Origin: Okamejei kenojei
Taxonomy: Eukaryota
NCBI GenBank assembly: GCA_035221665.1
Contig: CM069152.1
Span: 19,716,001-19,780,000, forward strand
DNA: 64,000 nt
Direction: 5' to 3'
Positions 23,612-35,099 of this stretch are shown here, one piece after another. The notes beneath the pieces are model-generated. The model had not been told where the DNA came from. It worked only from the letters and a program-made list of their open reading frames with translations, and searched no databases. The translations under genes and the position numbers were made by a program. How positions within the stretch are numbered: position 1 is the first letter of the stretch; each line of letters starts with the position of its first letter.

Positions 23612-25894
23612 TTTTTTTTTTTTATTTCAAAATATACTTTATTCGAATGATAAATATATACAATACATTAACCTAGCGGAAAATCCATCCGACATTTTCG
23701 GAGGCTGTACAATAGATCAATACAGTTTAGACATTTTCTTTTTCCCAAGTTTCCACAAATCAGTCCCCCACTCATGCCACAATGGCGTGGGATACCTTCC
23801 CTTATATTGAGGGGCGTCTCCACCATACCGTGCCCCCCATGTCCAGCAGCGGAAGGGCCTTAGACTGTGGCCCTCCCCCACCGAGCCTTGGCGTTGGCTG
23901 CACCGAGCTTCAGTGCGTCCCTCAGCACGTACTCCTGCAGTCTGCAGCGGGCCAGTCGGCAACATTCCCTGACGGACATCTCGCTCTGCTGGGTGGTGAA
24001 CAATGCTCGGGCAGACCAAAGGGCGTCTTTTACCGAGTTGATGACCCTCCAGCAGCACTCGATGTCAGTCTCTGAATGTGTCCCTGGGAACAGTCCGTAA
24101 ATCACAGAGTCCTCTGTGACGGAGCTGTTCGGGATAAAGCGTACCAGGGACCCTTGCATTTTTCTCCAGACTCTTTTAGCAAACCCACACTCTGTGAAGA
24201 GGTGGGCAACCGTCTCCTCGCCATAGCAGCCGTCCCGAGGGCAGCGTGCGCTGGTAGTGAGGTTCCGACGGTGCAGGAAGGATCTGACTGGGAGGGCTCC
24301 CCTCACCGCCAGCCAAGCCAGGTCTTGGTGCTTGTTGGTGAGTTCTGGCGATGAGGCATTTTGCCAGACGAGCTGGGCAGTCTGCTCAGGGAACCACGCC
24401 ACCGGGTCCATAGAGTCCTTTCCCTGCAGTGCCTGCAGGACATTCTGTGCTGACCACTGCCCGATGGACATGTGGTCAAAGGTGTTGGTCCGGAAGAACC
24501 CTTCCACCGACGACAGATGGGGCGGCAATGTCCAGCTGACTGGCACATTGCGTGGCACCTGCGCCAGGCCCATCCTTCTCAACACCGGGGACAGGTAGAA
24601 CCTCAGCAGGTAGTGACACTTGGTGCCCACGTGCCTTGGCTCTACACTCCGCCTGATGCAGCCACACACGAAGGTGGCCATCAGAATGAGGGCGACGTTG
24701 GGCACGCTTTTACCCCCGTTGTCTGCCGACTTGTACATTGTAGCCCGTCGCACCCGGTCCATCCTCGACCCCCAGATGAAGTGGAAGATGGCCCGGGTGA
24801 TCCCTGTGGCGTATGAGGGAGGGACAGGCCACACTTGTGCCAAGTACAGCAGCCCCGAGATCACCTCACACCTGATGACCAAATTCTTTCCCGTTATGGA
24901 GAGGGAGCGTTGCCTCCACAGCTCCAGCTTCCTCCACCCTGAATATCCGCTCCAGCCAATTTTTGTTACATGCCTCAGCCCCCCCGAACCAGATCCCCAG
25001 CACCTTCAAGAAGTCAGGCTTGATGGTGAAGGGGACGGAAGATCTGTCAGGCCAGTTGCCAAAGAGCATGGCCTCGCTCTTCCTGCGGTTCACCCTGGCT
25101 CCCGTGGCCGACTCAAACTGGTCGCAGATACTAATCAGTCTGCGAACCGACCTGGATCCGAGCAGAAGACAGCGACATCGTCCATGTACAGGGAGGTCTT
25201 TACTTGAATGCCCCACTGCCTGGCAATGTCACTCCTCTTATGCCCGCATCCTTCCTGATGGATTCAGCAAAAGGTTCAATACAGCAGACAAACAAGACAG
25301 GAGAGAGAGGGCAACCCTGCCTAACTCCAGACCTTACAGGGAAACTGTCTGATTCCCACCCATTGATTTGGACTGCACTACGGATGTTGGTGTAGAGCAG
25401 TTTGATCCAATTTCTGATTCCCTCCCCAAAACCCATTTTGGAGAGCACGTCCCTCATGTACGTGTGCGTAATCCTGTCGAAGGCCTTCTCCTGGTCCAAG
25501 CTGACTAGGCAGGCATCCACCCGTCTGTCCTGCACGTAGGCGATGGTATCTCTCAGCAGCGCTAGGCTGTCTGAGATTTTCCTGCCAGGTACAGCACAGG
25601 TTTGGTCCGGGTGGATCACCTGTCCCAGAGCAGACTTGACCCGGTTGGCGATGGCCTTGGACAGGATCTTGTAGTCCACATTCAAGAGTGTTATGGGTCT
25701 CCAATTCTTTATGTCCTTCATCTCCCCTTCTGCTTGTAGATTAGGGTGATGTTGCCCTTCCTCATGGAGTCTGACATGCTACCAGCCAGAAGCATGTTGT
25801 TGTACACTTCTAGCAGGTCCGGGCCCATCCAGTCCCACAGAGCCAAATACAACTCAGCCGGTAAGCCATCGCTTCCGGGAGTTTTATTCGAGTC
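23612..25894 (-). mobile_element. Tx1-clade (L1 superfamily) LINE copy A, 5'-truncated, young
   Basis: Poly(T) at 23612-23623, 3' UTR, and ORF2 from KTPGSDGLPAE through NWRPITLLNVDYKI, GVRQGCPLSP and YMDD to the stop at 23860. CpGs are well retained. Confidence 0.96.
23860..25894 (-). pseudogene. Tx1-like ORF2 (RT plus C-terminal CCHC zinc finger), frameshifted and lacking the endonuclease
   Basis: ORFs 25200..25721, 24866..25216 and 23860..24882 are collinear. Zinc-finger motif CPRDGCYGEETVAHLFTEC. Confidence 0.93.
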
Positions 25895-25950
25895 AAAGGC
25901 TGCCTGGGAGGTTAGTGTTGATATTCACCACTTTCAGCCTCTCAAAACAC

Positions 25951-26198
25951 TGACCAGCGATCACCGCACATTAACACTACCCTATTTGGGCAACACTGGG
26001 GACAATTTACATTTACACAAACCCAATGAGCCCACAAACCTGGGCGTCTTAGGAATGTGGGAGTTATCCGAAGATCTCAGAGAAAACCCACGCGGTCACG
26101 GGGAGAACGCACAAACTCCGTACAGACAGTACCCTTACTCAGGATCGAACCCGGGTCTCCAGCGCTGTCAGGCAGCAACTCTACTGCTGTGCCATCAT
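25951..26198 (-). mobile_element. HE1 V-SINE lacking its tail
   Basis: GACCAGCGATCACCGCACATTAACACT...GAAAACCCACGCGGTCACGGGGAGAAC...GGATCGAACCCGGGTCTC. Confidence 0.9.
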
Positions 26199-26424
26199 CA
26201 TTCCACTGATATTCTGTGTAAAATGTGCATACAATGCATTGAGCTCGTCGGGGAGGGATGCATTGTCAGAGATATTGTCCAATTTCACTTAGTAGCCTGT
26301 AATGGCTTGCAAGCCTGGTGCCTGTATGGTTAGTCCGGGTCACTAGCCTGGTCTGGAATTGTATCTTAATGTCCCCGATGACTTTGCAATGGTTGTACCT
26401 AGATTTCCTGTACAGTGCCTCAGG

Positions 26425-26565
26425 TAGGTCTGAAGAAGGGTCTCGTCCTGAAAGGTCACCCATTCCTTCTAACCAGAGGTGCTGCCTGTACCACGAGTTA
26501 CTCCAGCATTTTGTGTCTATCTTCAGTGTAAACCAGCATCTGCAGTCCCTTCCTACACATTTGAA
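26425..26565 (+). mobile_element. 141-bp Penelope pLTR-derived insert with 9-bp TSD and hammerhead-like core
   Basis: TGCCTCAGG at 26416-26424 and 26566-26574. The insert begins TAGGT-CTGAAGA-AGGG-TCTCGT-CCT-GAAA-G-GTC-ACC. Confidence 0.85.
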
Positions 26566-27539
26566 TGCCTCAGGCTTGGTCTTCACCAAAGAGTGAGTCT
26601 CACGGTTTAGTCATGGTTTCCAATTGGGGAAACACTTGGATTGACTTCTTTAGTCCTCTGCACACGGATGAAGTCAGAAGGCAGTGGTGTGTTCTACTGA
26701 GTGGCTACGGAGTCCATGTATAGGGACCAGTCCACTAACCCAAAAGAGTCACATAGCTAGACTGTTTCATCAGACCAACGCTGTATGACTTTCTGCACCA
26801 AATTGTTTTGCTTCAGTTACTGCTTGTAGGGGGTACGAGTGCTGCCCGATGGTCAGATTTTCCTAAATGTGGGCGGGGTCCCGATGCATTTGCTGCTTTA
26901 ATACAAGCAGATTAATTTATTTTTAGATTATTTTAAGGGGTATCACGAGAACGAGAACTTGCATCCACAAAGGCTGTCTGAGAACATTCAATTTAAGACA
27001 ACTGACCAGGAATCAGCTAACATGACCTTGAAGCTCTAGATTGTCAATAAACCATTAGACAACCCTTTGAGGGGTGGAGTGAGGGGAATCTTGGCATCCT
27101 TATCTTGTCTAAAACTCAGTGAGACTCCAATCTCATACCCACCTAGAGGGACCAGTCCACTGACCAACGGCAGTCACGTTAGAGCTAGTAGAGTCCAAGA
27201 CTGAGATATTGTCTGTCCATTTCCCTCTACAGATGCTGCCTCTCCAACCGAGTTCCTCCAGCAGTTTTTTTTTTGTCTAATTGCTTCGTGAATTATCATC
27301 TAGAAATGAGGAGGCAAACCACTCAGTTTTAGAGGTTGGCCATTTTTTCCAACTTCGTGAGTGCCATCACAAAGTGAAGGAAATGGAAAAAAAGATGTAC
27401 TTGATTCTTGATAAATAGACAACATGGAATCGCCAACTCTTGGTATTGAGGTTCAGCTTCAGAATATGTGTTGTGCTCTGTTAAAGCTTGTGCTAAATTG
27501 AGTTAAGTGTTTTCTTCTATTTAATATGCTATTTAATAA

Positions 27540-28025
27540 CCAGACTGATTCCTGGGATGGCAGGACTTCCATTGGAAGAAAGACTGGATAGACTCGGTTT
27601 GTACTCGCTGGAATTTAGAAGATTGAGGGGGATCTTATAGAGACTTACAAAATTCTTAAGGGGTTGGACAGGCTAGATGCAGGAAGATTGTTCCCGATGT
27701 TGGGGAAATCCAGAACAAGGGGTCACAGTTTAAGGATAAGGGGGAAGTCTTTTAGGACCGAGATAAGAAAATCATTTTTCACACAGAGAGTGGTGAATCT
27801 GTGGAATTCTCTGCCACAGAATGTAGTTGAGGCCAGTTCATTGACTATATTTAAGAGGGAGTTAGATGTGGCCCTTGTGGCTAAAGGGATCAGGGGGTAT
27901 GGAGAGAAGGCAGGTACAGGATACTGAGTTGGATGATCAGCCATGATCATATTGAATGGTGGTGCAGGCTTGAAGGGCCGAAATGCCTACTCCTGCACCT
28001 ATTTTCCAGGTTTCTATGTTTCTAT
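27540..28025 (+). mobile_element. CR1 LINE 3' fragment, young, same subfamily as 9246-9510
   Basis: DRLDAGRLFPMLGKSRTRGHSLRIRG..FTQRVVNLWNSLPQ, ending in a (TTTCTATG)n tail. Confidence 0.95.
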
Positions 28026-28049
28026 GCTTCTTAAGAGGAAAAAGTAAAG

Positions 28050-30140
28050 TTGGAAACTGTAGGGCAGTTAGCCTGAGATTAGTTATTGGCAAAGTACTTC
28101 AAGCCATTAGCAATGATGTTGTAATGGGGCATTAGGGTATCATGGTTTTATGAAGAAAATATAATGTTTGACAAATATAATAGCATTTTACAGGATGTAA
28201 GTAACAGAGCATTCAAGGGTACACCAATGAGTGTGATTATATATGGATTTTCAGAAGACGATTGAAGAAGGTGTCACTCAGTTATTACTAAAAAAGGGCC
28301 TGTGGGGGCGTAACTATGGCCTACGAGATGTTAGAGCATAATTAAAGAGAAGTAGTTAATGGTTTAGGCTTTGAGATATCAACTATTTACATTAATGACC
28401 TTGATTAAAAGACAAGAATGAATATACATTTGCCAGTTGTACAATGCTAAGAGGGAAAGAGAGTTGTTAAGAGGGTTATGTTAGTGAAAAGCGAGATAGC
28501 AGATGGAGCAAAATGAGAGGTTGTCAACTTTGATTGAAAGAGTAGAAAAGTAGATATTTATTTAAAAGGTGAGGAATCATAAAGTGGGTCCTGCTGTGTT
28601 GCTTCGGGGATGGAGGAAGTAAACCTGCAGCTTCATCAAACAAGTAGAAAAAAAGCTGATACATCCAGCTTCACACAAGGAGGTTGGAAAGCAGAACTAA
28701 GAAAGTCCTGCTGCTATTTTACAAGCTTTAGAAAGAGCATAGTGGAGCGCTGTGTGTGGTTTGGGCCTCAATGCACTGACTTTGGAGCCCATTCCAAGTA
28801 GATTTAGAAGACTAATTCCCAGGATGAGAAAGGTAGTGCATGACCACAGAGATGCCTACAGTCCCTTGAGTCTGCTCCGTTATTCAATAAAATCATGGTT
28901 GCTCTGATATTCCTGCACTTCTGCACCCTTTCTACATGACCCTTGATTCCCTAACTGATTAGAAATCTATCTGTCTGAGCCTTCAATGCATACCAGGACT
29001 CTGCCCCCATTTCTGTAGGACAGGTTACAAAGATTCACAATGGTCAAAAAGAAGAAATGTTTCCTCATCTCAGAATTAAATTGGCACCATTTGAGATCTT
29101 GCCATTTGTTCTGGAATTTCCCATGATAGCAATCGCCCTCTCATCGTTTACTCAGCTGAGCCGCCTACTCGTCTGTTATGTTTCAATAAGATTGTTTCTC
29201 ATTGTTCTAAACCCTAATGAGTAGAGTCCCAACTTTGTCAGTCATAGAGTTCTGGAGTCGTAGGAAGGTACATCACAGAAGCACACTCTATGTATCATCA
29301 AGTCCAAATGGACCATCAATCAACCATTAATCCTATATTAATCCCATTTTTTAAATTCCCCCACATTCACATCAACCTACCCTTCTACAGTCAGTTAAAT
29401 TTACAATGGGCAATGAACCTACCAACCAGCAGTTTTTGGGTTGTGGGAAGAAACTATAACGCAGGGGGGAAACTCACGTGGCCGAAGACTGAGCGTGCAA
29501 ACTCCACACAGATGATGCCCGAGGGCAAGATTGGACCAGAGTGTCTAACACTGTGAGATACTGGCTCTTCCAGCTGTGCCACTGTACTGCACTTGTTTAA
29601 CGTTTTCTTGTAGGACACCCTTCTGTACTTGGAACCATCACAATGAACCTTCTGTGAGCCACCTCCGACAATATAATTTCTGTTCTTCAACAGGTGCAAT
29701 AAATTGTTCAAAATATAGTTGTAAGAATCTGAGCAGAAGAAGCTTGATTGAGTCGGCTGCACTATTCAATAAGATTTTTAGCAACCTGATCTTCACCTTT
29801 ATCTCAAACTCCCTGTCAATCCTCAAAACATTGATTCCTTTATAAACCAATTAACTATCTATCTATATTTAATAGCTTAGCATCAACTGCTCCCCAGACT
29901 AGTCAATTTCAAAGATTCACAATCCTTTAAAATAGGACATTTCTTTTCTCAACTTAAAGTGGCTGAGCCCCGATCATGAGACATGAGACCCAGGTTCCTT
30001 CACCAGACAGAGAATCCTCATAACATCTCCTCTATTAAACCCCTCAGAACTTCATGTTCCCATGAGGTCATCTCTGTAATCTTTGAAAGCAGAGAGTATA
30101 GACCTTATCTGTTCAATCTTTCCTGATAGGTCAAGCACCT
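28050..30140. mobile_element. Cluster of old CR1 relics (+ RT remnant 28050-28830; - 3' ends 28850-29230 and 29740-30140) plus a degenerate HE1-like SINE (- 29400-29590)
   Basis: CATGGTTTTATGAAG, TGTTTGACAAAT, ATGGATTTTCAGAAG, TTCAATAAAATCATGGTTG and GTGCAAACTCCACACAGA. Confidence 0.55.
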
Positions 30141-30157
30141 CTTTCCAGATTAAAAAA

Positions 30158-30420
30158 GACACAATGTGCTGGAGTAACTCAGCAGATCAGGCAGCATCCT
30201 CGGAGAACATGGATTGTCAATGTTTCGGGTTCGAACCTTTCTTCAGACTGATCATAGTTGGGGAGAAAAAGCTGGGTGGGAGCAGGGCAAAGTCTGGCAA
30301 GTGATAGGTTGATACAGATGAGGGGGTTCAATTGGAAAATGGGTGGACAAAGGCCAGAGATGAAATAAAGATCAAAGTCTGAGATAAGAAGAGGTGTGAA
30401 ATGTGAAGCCACAGGAAGGG
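30158..30420 (-). mobile_element. Penelope pLTR fragment
   Basis: GTGCTGGAGTAACTCAGC...GGCAGCATC...GTTTCGGGTTCGAACCTTTCTTCAGACTGA followed by a purine-rich pLTR body. Confidence 0.8.
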
Positions 30421-31374
30421 ATATAGGTGAAAGGGGGATGGGGGGGGGGAGACAGTCGGAAGGCGAGATAGTGGTAGAAATGGGTGTGCATCCAGGCGGG
30501 GTACAGGATATAGAGTCCCTTCCCCCCCCCTTCCTCCTTTCCTCCTCCCCACCCCACCTCTCTTCCCCATTGGGAGTAGGCTATTCAGCCCTGCAAGCCA
30601 ACCCTGCCATTCACTAGGATCAGCCATTCGTGGCTAATTCCACTGAATCTTTTAAAAGAATGAGAACATCAACTAGAGACAATCTCACTATTGCAAGATG
30701 GCCGATGTCACCGAGGACACGGCTTGGCTGTGTTCCATATCATCCCACTCATGTGTTGTTAAAATGATCATTAAGCTTTAACAGTGGTTTCTTGAGAAAG
30801 TAAAGCAACAGTTGCCATTTGGTCGTCTTTCTCTGCAGATCGAAGGAGCACATGCTCAGGCCAGGCACAGTGCTAAGTGTTCAACATGACTTTACTATCT
30901 TTGCATCTCTTCAGATTTTATAGAGTGCATAAAGTTTAAATGCTGAACTAATGAACCAATTCTCCCGAGCTATTCAGAGGTGCTAAAAACTGCCTTTGGC
31001 CAAGATTCATGGGCTCTTAAACAAAAGGTTTACAACTCAATAGATCAAATTAAAGCTCAAAACAAGTTATCCACTTGTCAGCTAATGACCAACAGGATAT
31101 TGGAGATCTGCAGCTTAGCAGTTGTTGGTGTAGTAGACCTGCTGGCTTTCAGACATTCACTTGTTATGAGTTCAGGACTCCAGAGTGCTGGCTGAGGTGT
31201 GGCATCTGCCCCGGTTAACTGCTGCTCCTGGCATGCTTGTGCTGCACCTATGGGCTGCTCATGGTCCATCAGCAAAGCTGCTCTCTTTGGATGTCCTAGC
31301 TCTGAGACTGGGAAACCTGCTGGTTGATCCATTCCTTGTAATGATTATATATATATTCATATATATTATATATA

Positions 31375-31800
31375 AGAGAAAACAGTACAAATCCTTTAAT
31401 AAGCCCAACTTTCACGTTAGTCTATACATTCACTATTGCTGGTTTTATACAGTATTGGCACATCAGTCCTGTACATAGCAGCATTGCCACTCATGTGGCT
31501 CCTGGGGTAATACTCTCTTCTGTTTGATGGGTTTCCCCACTGGAGTCCCTCAGTGTCCAGTAGTAGTAGGACCCTTGATTGTGCTCCTTCCCCAGCTAAG
31601 GGTCCTTTCCCACAGAGCCTTTGCATTGTCTGCACTAAACCTCAGCAGGCCCTGCACATACGCCTGCATTCTGGAATGTGCCAATTGGCAACATTCCTTT
31701 CAGACACCTCACTGTGCAAAAAATACCCAACAAGTTTTGAGCAGACAAAATAATGTTTTTCACCTAGTTGCAGCACTTGATGGCCATGTCCCCATATACA
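31375..31800 (-). mobile_element. Older Tx1-related LINE 3' fragment
   Basis: CCCACAGAGCCTTTGCATTGTCTGCACTAAACCTCAGC...GCCAATTGGCAACATTCC aligns by eye with 23875-23970 (ORF2 C-terminus). Confidence 0.7.
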
Positions 31801-32399
31801 GCCTATAAATCAGTAGGAAATAGATGGATGACAATTATGATTGGGATCCTTCTTCGGAATAATGGAGGGAAGAAAGCTGGTAGAAAGAGGTGAGGGGGAA
31901 GAGTGTTGCAAGAGCTGGTATGTGCTAGGTAGATCCAATGTATTGAGGGTTGATTGTCAGATGACTCGGGTGGGGGAGAGAAGCACGGAGATAGTAACCA
32001 AGGCAAGAAGTGAGCGATGTTTTCAACCTGAACAGTTCGAAAGTCGGAAATGCGGCCACCCGATAATATATTTAAAGAAAACCATAGGCCAACTAGGGTA
32101 ATGTAATTAAACCAGGCTGTTCAGTCATTGGTGTAAACCAGATGCCCACAGGGCAGAAGATGCCTGGAGCCCTACATTGACTGCATCCCACTGTTCTTCC
32201 AACACTTATTGATATGTATGGGCTGCACATAAGTCAGGCATTCATAACCTCGGGGGGAGATCAAGATGTTTTCTACAGGAGTTAAATGCTGGGGAGAGCT
32301 TGTCTGTTTGAGCTAGTGTCAGGAGCTCCCTTAGAGTGGCACTGGAGAGTCAGCCTAGGTTTTGGGTGTAATATGCAGCAGTGGGTTTGTGAGTGAAGG

Positions 32400-32540
32400 T
32401 GGCCTAACACGGAGGTGGGTAGGCTGCCCTTTGGTGGGGGGGAGGCTACCCTTTGAGTGGGGGGGGGGGCACGGGTGGGTAGGCTGCTCATTGAATGGGG
32501 GGCGAGGGGGAGGGAGGCTGCCCATTGTGTGTGAGCCCAC
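32400..32540. repeat. G-rich imperfect tandem repeat (AGGCT(G/A)C unit with G runs)
   Basis: GGTGGGTAGGCTGC occurs twice and GGAGGCT(G/A)C twice, separated by G6-G11 runs. Confidence 0.6.
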
Positions 32541-33349
32541 TTCTTGTGTGCCCTCGCACACCAAGTAAAGGTATCAATGTCACACATTTTGGGGATAAGT
32601 CCTATATATAGGAGTCCCAGGGAAAGTGATAATGGCAAAACTAGTAATATAAAGCCTTTGTTTCTTTGGAGCTGAAAACTCATTGTTTATTTTAATCTTG
32701 TTCATGTGCTGTGAATTTTCTGTTTTGTAAGAATAGGGTAACAGGCAATTCAACATTAATTCCGAGTGTGGTCTTTCTCTAGGTGATTATATTTTTGTCA
32801 TTCGCAACCATACGCTGTACAAAGACTTTGTGTGAACCTGTGCAATTATTAAAAATGAGTTGGCGAAGAGAATAGATCGGAGGTGTTGAACCAGTCCGCA
32901 CTAGAACTTAGTAATGTTAATAGAAAAGCTATATTTTGTATAAAGAGATGTGGCTGAATTCCATTCAACCCACGATGGTGTCATCTGGCATAGCTGTGAG
33001 GAGCGGGCAGAGAGCAGGATTAATTGGATAGGACTTCCTAACGGCCAGCACAACCACAGTGGGCTGAAAGGCCTCCTGGGAGCCGCAGAATAATCAGCCA
33101 AGGTATAAATCTAAAAATGCACAGAATTCTTTAGTACCTTATGCCTCTCATAGCTTATCCAGTACCTCCAGAAAAAGGTCATTCAGCTGTTTGTCGAGAT
33201 CATCAAGTGTTCTGAGAGCAAATGTTAGCAGATAGATTGTGGAAGCAAAGCAGTTTGGAAAGTCCGCCCTACGTTTGTGGTTAATGTGCAATTTATGTTG
33301 CAGACTAGTGCCTGCTCCAGATCACTCACTCATGTGTGGAGCTGTCTCT

Positions 33350-34710
33350 GTGACCCAGGCTGACACTCCTGTGCAGTGGTGTGCGGCAGTGTTGCATTGC
33401 TGCAGGTACTGCCTTCTGCACAAGACATTAAGCAGAAGCTCTACCTGCTGTCCCAGAGTGTATGAAAGTTCTTGTGGCACGAGACTGCTGAAGCGCAAGG
33501 AACATCACTGCAATCTTGATTGCCTGCTCAGTTTCACTTGGCTGTTCATGTGAATTTCCTATCTGCATATTTGGTTTCCTGTGGTATAGCAGTGTCCACA
33601 CTTCAACGGTTCATCACTGCCTGTAAGATGCTTTAAGCCATTGGGAAGGGGATGTTAGATATGCTGCATGTGTGTAGGTCCACTCCTTTCCTCAACCTGT
33701 GCATTCAAGGCTGTGCATCTGCCTTTGGTCTCCAATCTTGAACAGAATTCCTTTGCCTATTCACTGGCTCACTCTTAGGAATTACCCGATCCAACCGGAT
33801 CGAGATCACCTCCTGAGACCAGCTCCGAAGTAGCAAATCTGGTTTTAATTTTGCCAAGGTGTACTCAACTTAACCCATCAATTGAGAGATTTCTACAAAG
33901 TTTACTGAGACTTGTCTTAATAATTATCTGGCGATTAAAGAAGGCAGGCATGAGGCTTGGTTATGATACTGACGATAAGGGTGAACACTTGATTCTCTGA
34001 ATCTTGATTACAGGAATTCTGTTATTTTTCTCTATGTAACTGCTCCATCAATCTCCTCGCTGTAGGAAGCTATTCTTCCAGCTGTTCTCATTGACAGACT
34101 ATGGGTCTGATTCATGGAGCTAAAGTACCATGTTAAAATGATGACTGTCTATGGATAAATCTGTCCTCTTTGTTGAATGCAAAAGACTCTGCATGCTAGT
34201 TCACAGGAAGTGCCCATTCAGCCATTCAAGTCCATCATCACCACCAATCGACAATCCCATAGATCCTATCCTCGACTCCTTGTTTCCCTGCAACGTTATC
34301 TCTCTTGCAGCCAATTAATCTACTGGTTTGATTTTGGGAAACCAGAGGTAATCCACACAATCACAGAGAGGATGCATAAACTCCTCACAGACAGCACCCG
34401 AGGTCATGATCAAATTCCAGTCTCTGGAACTGGTGGGGGATGGGGGATGATGGTGCTAACTGTTATGCCACCCACAGCCAACTAGTGCATTTGGTAGATG
34501 GGCTCTGCCAAGTGTACTGCCGATATTTACCCTGCCACCAACATATAATGAGAAATTAACCCGTTGTTAATTACATTTAGATTTGTGGGAGCATTTGTGT
34601 GTGAAAACAGTGGCAACAATGACCACTTCAAAAGTACTTAACTGGGTGTGAAAGGTTTTGGAATTTCCAAGCTAATGCAGATTTCTGTCGGAAAGCAAGT
34701 CGTTCCTTTC
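33350..34710. mobile_element. Old SINE relics: Deu-type (+ 33350-33680, + 34500-34710) and HE1-like (- 34330-34475)
   Basis: GGCTGACACTCCTGTGCAGT, GCCGATATTTACCC, TTTGTGGGAGC, CACTTCAAAAGTACTT and AAACTCCTCACAGACAGCACCCGAGGTCA. Confidence 0.5.
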
Positions 34711-35099
34711 ACCAATACTTTCCTTCCCTCTCAATGTAAGTAAAATGCAGTGCAGTCAAACTCAGCTGCACACAATCCCTCAGCTAATATTGTTCTCCCA
34801 TACAGTGTTCTGTGGGATGAATAGGATTCCTGAGGTTATGAGGCAACAATGCATTTTGTTACATTTGCCATTCGGGCAACTGGAATATTTGCAAGAATAT
34901 AGAAATGGATAAAGAGATTGTACATCCATAGCCGTATGCTCACTTAAGAATGCAGAGCATTTTGGGTGACTTTAAATGAAGCGAGTAAACAGGGTTCCAG
35001 AAAATCAATAGATCTCATCACAGAAGTTTCTATCTGATTGCATTCTTCACTTGACAAAAGAAGTTCTTACAATTAAGGAACATTCTGTGTTTCTAAATT

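Larger units (their letters stand above)
19211..27050 (-). mobile_element. Degenerate Rex1/Babar-type LINE hosting multiple nested insertions
   Basis: Minus-strand peptide remnants in the expected order: PHLGKSDH (~26.86 kb), LPDELNA (~26.24 kb), CFERL..LPGSLDPLQF (25.95 kb continuing at 22.88 kb), INGIKIEMVESFKLLGV..KKAK..LYF.RRLRK and LPSGRRY (22.1-21.7 kb). Probable 3' tail at 19211-19290. Confidence 0.8.

Noticed and set aside
22867-23650. 196-aa and 115-aa + strand RT ORFs as an independent gene
   Set aside because: They are the inverted segment of Tx1 copy B, entered through poly(T) and antisense UTR.
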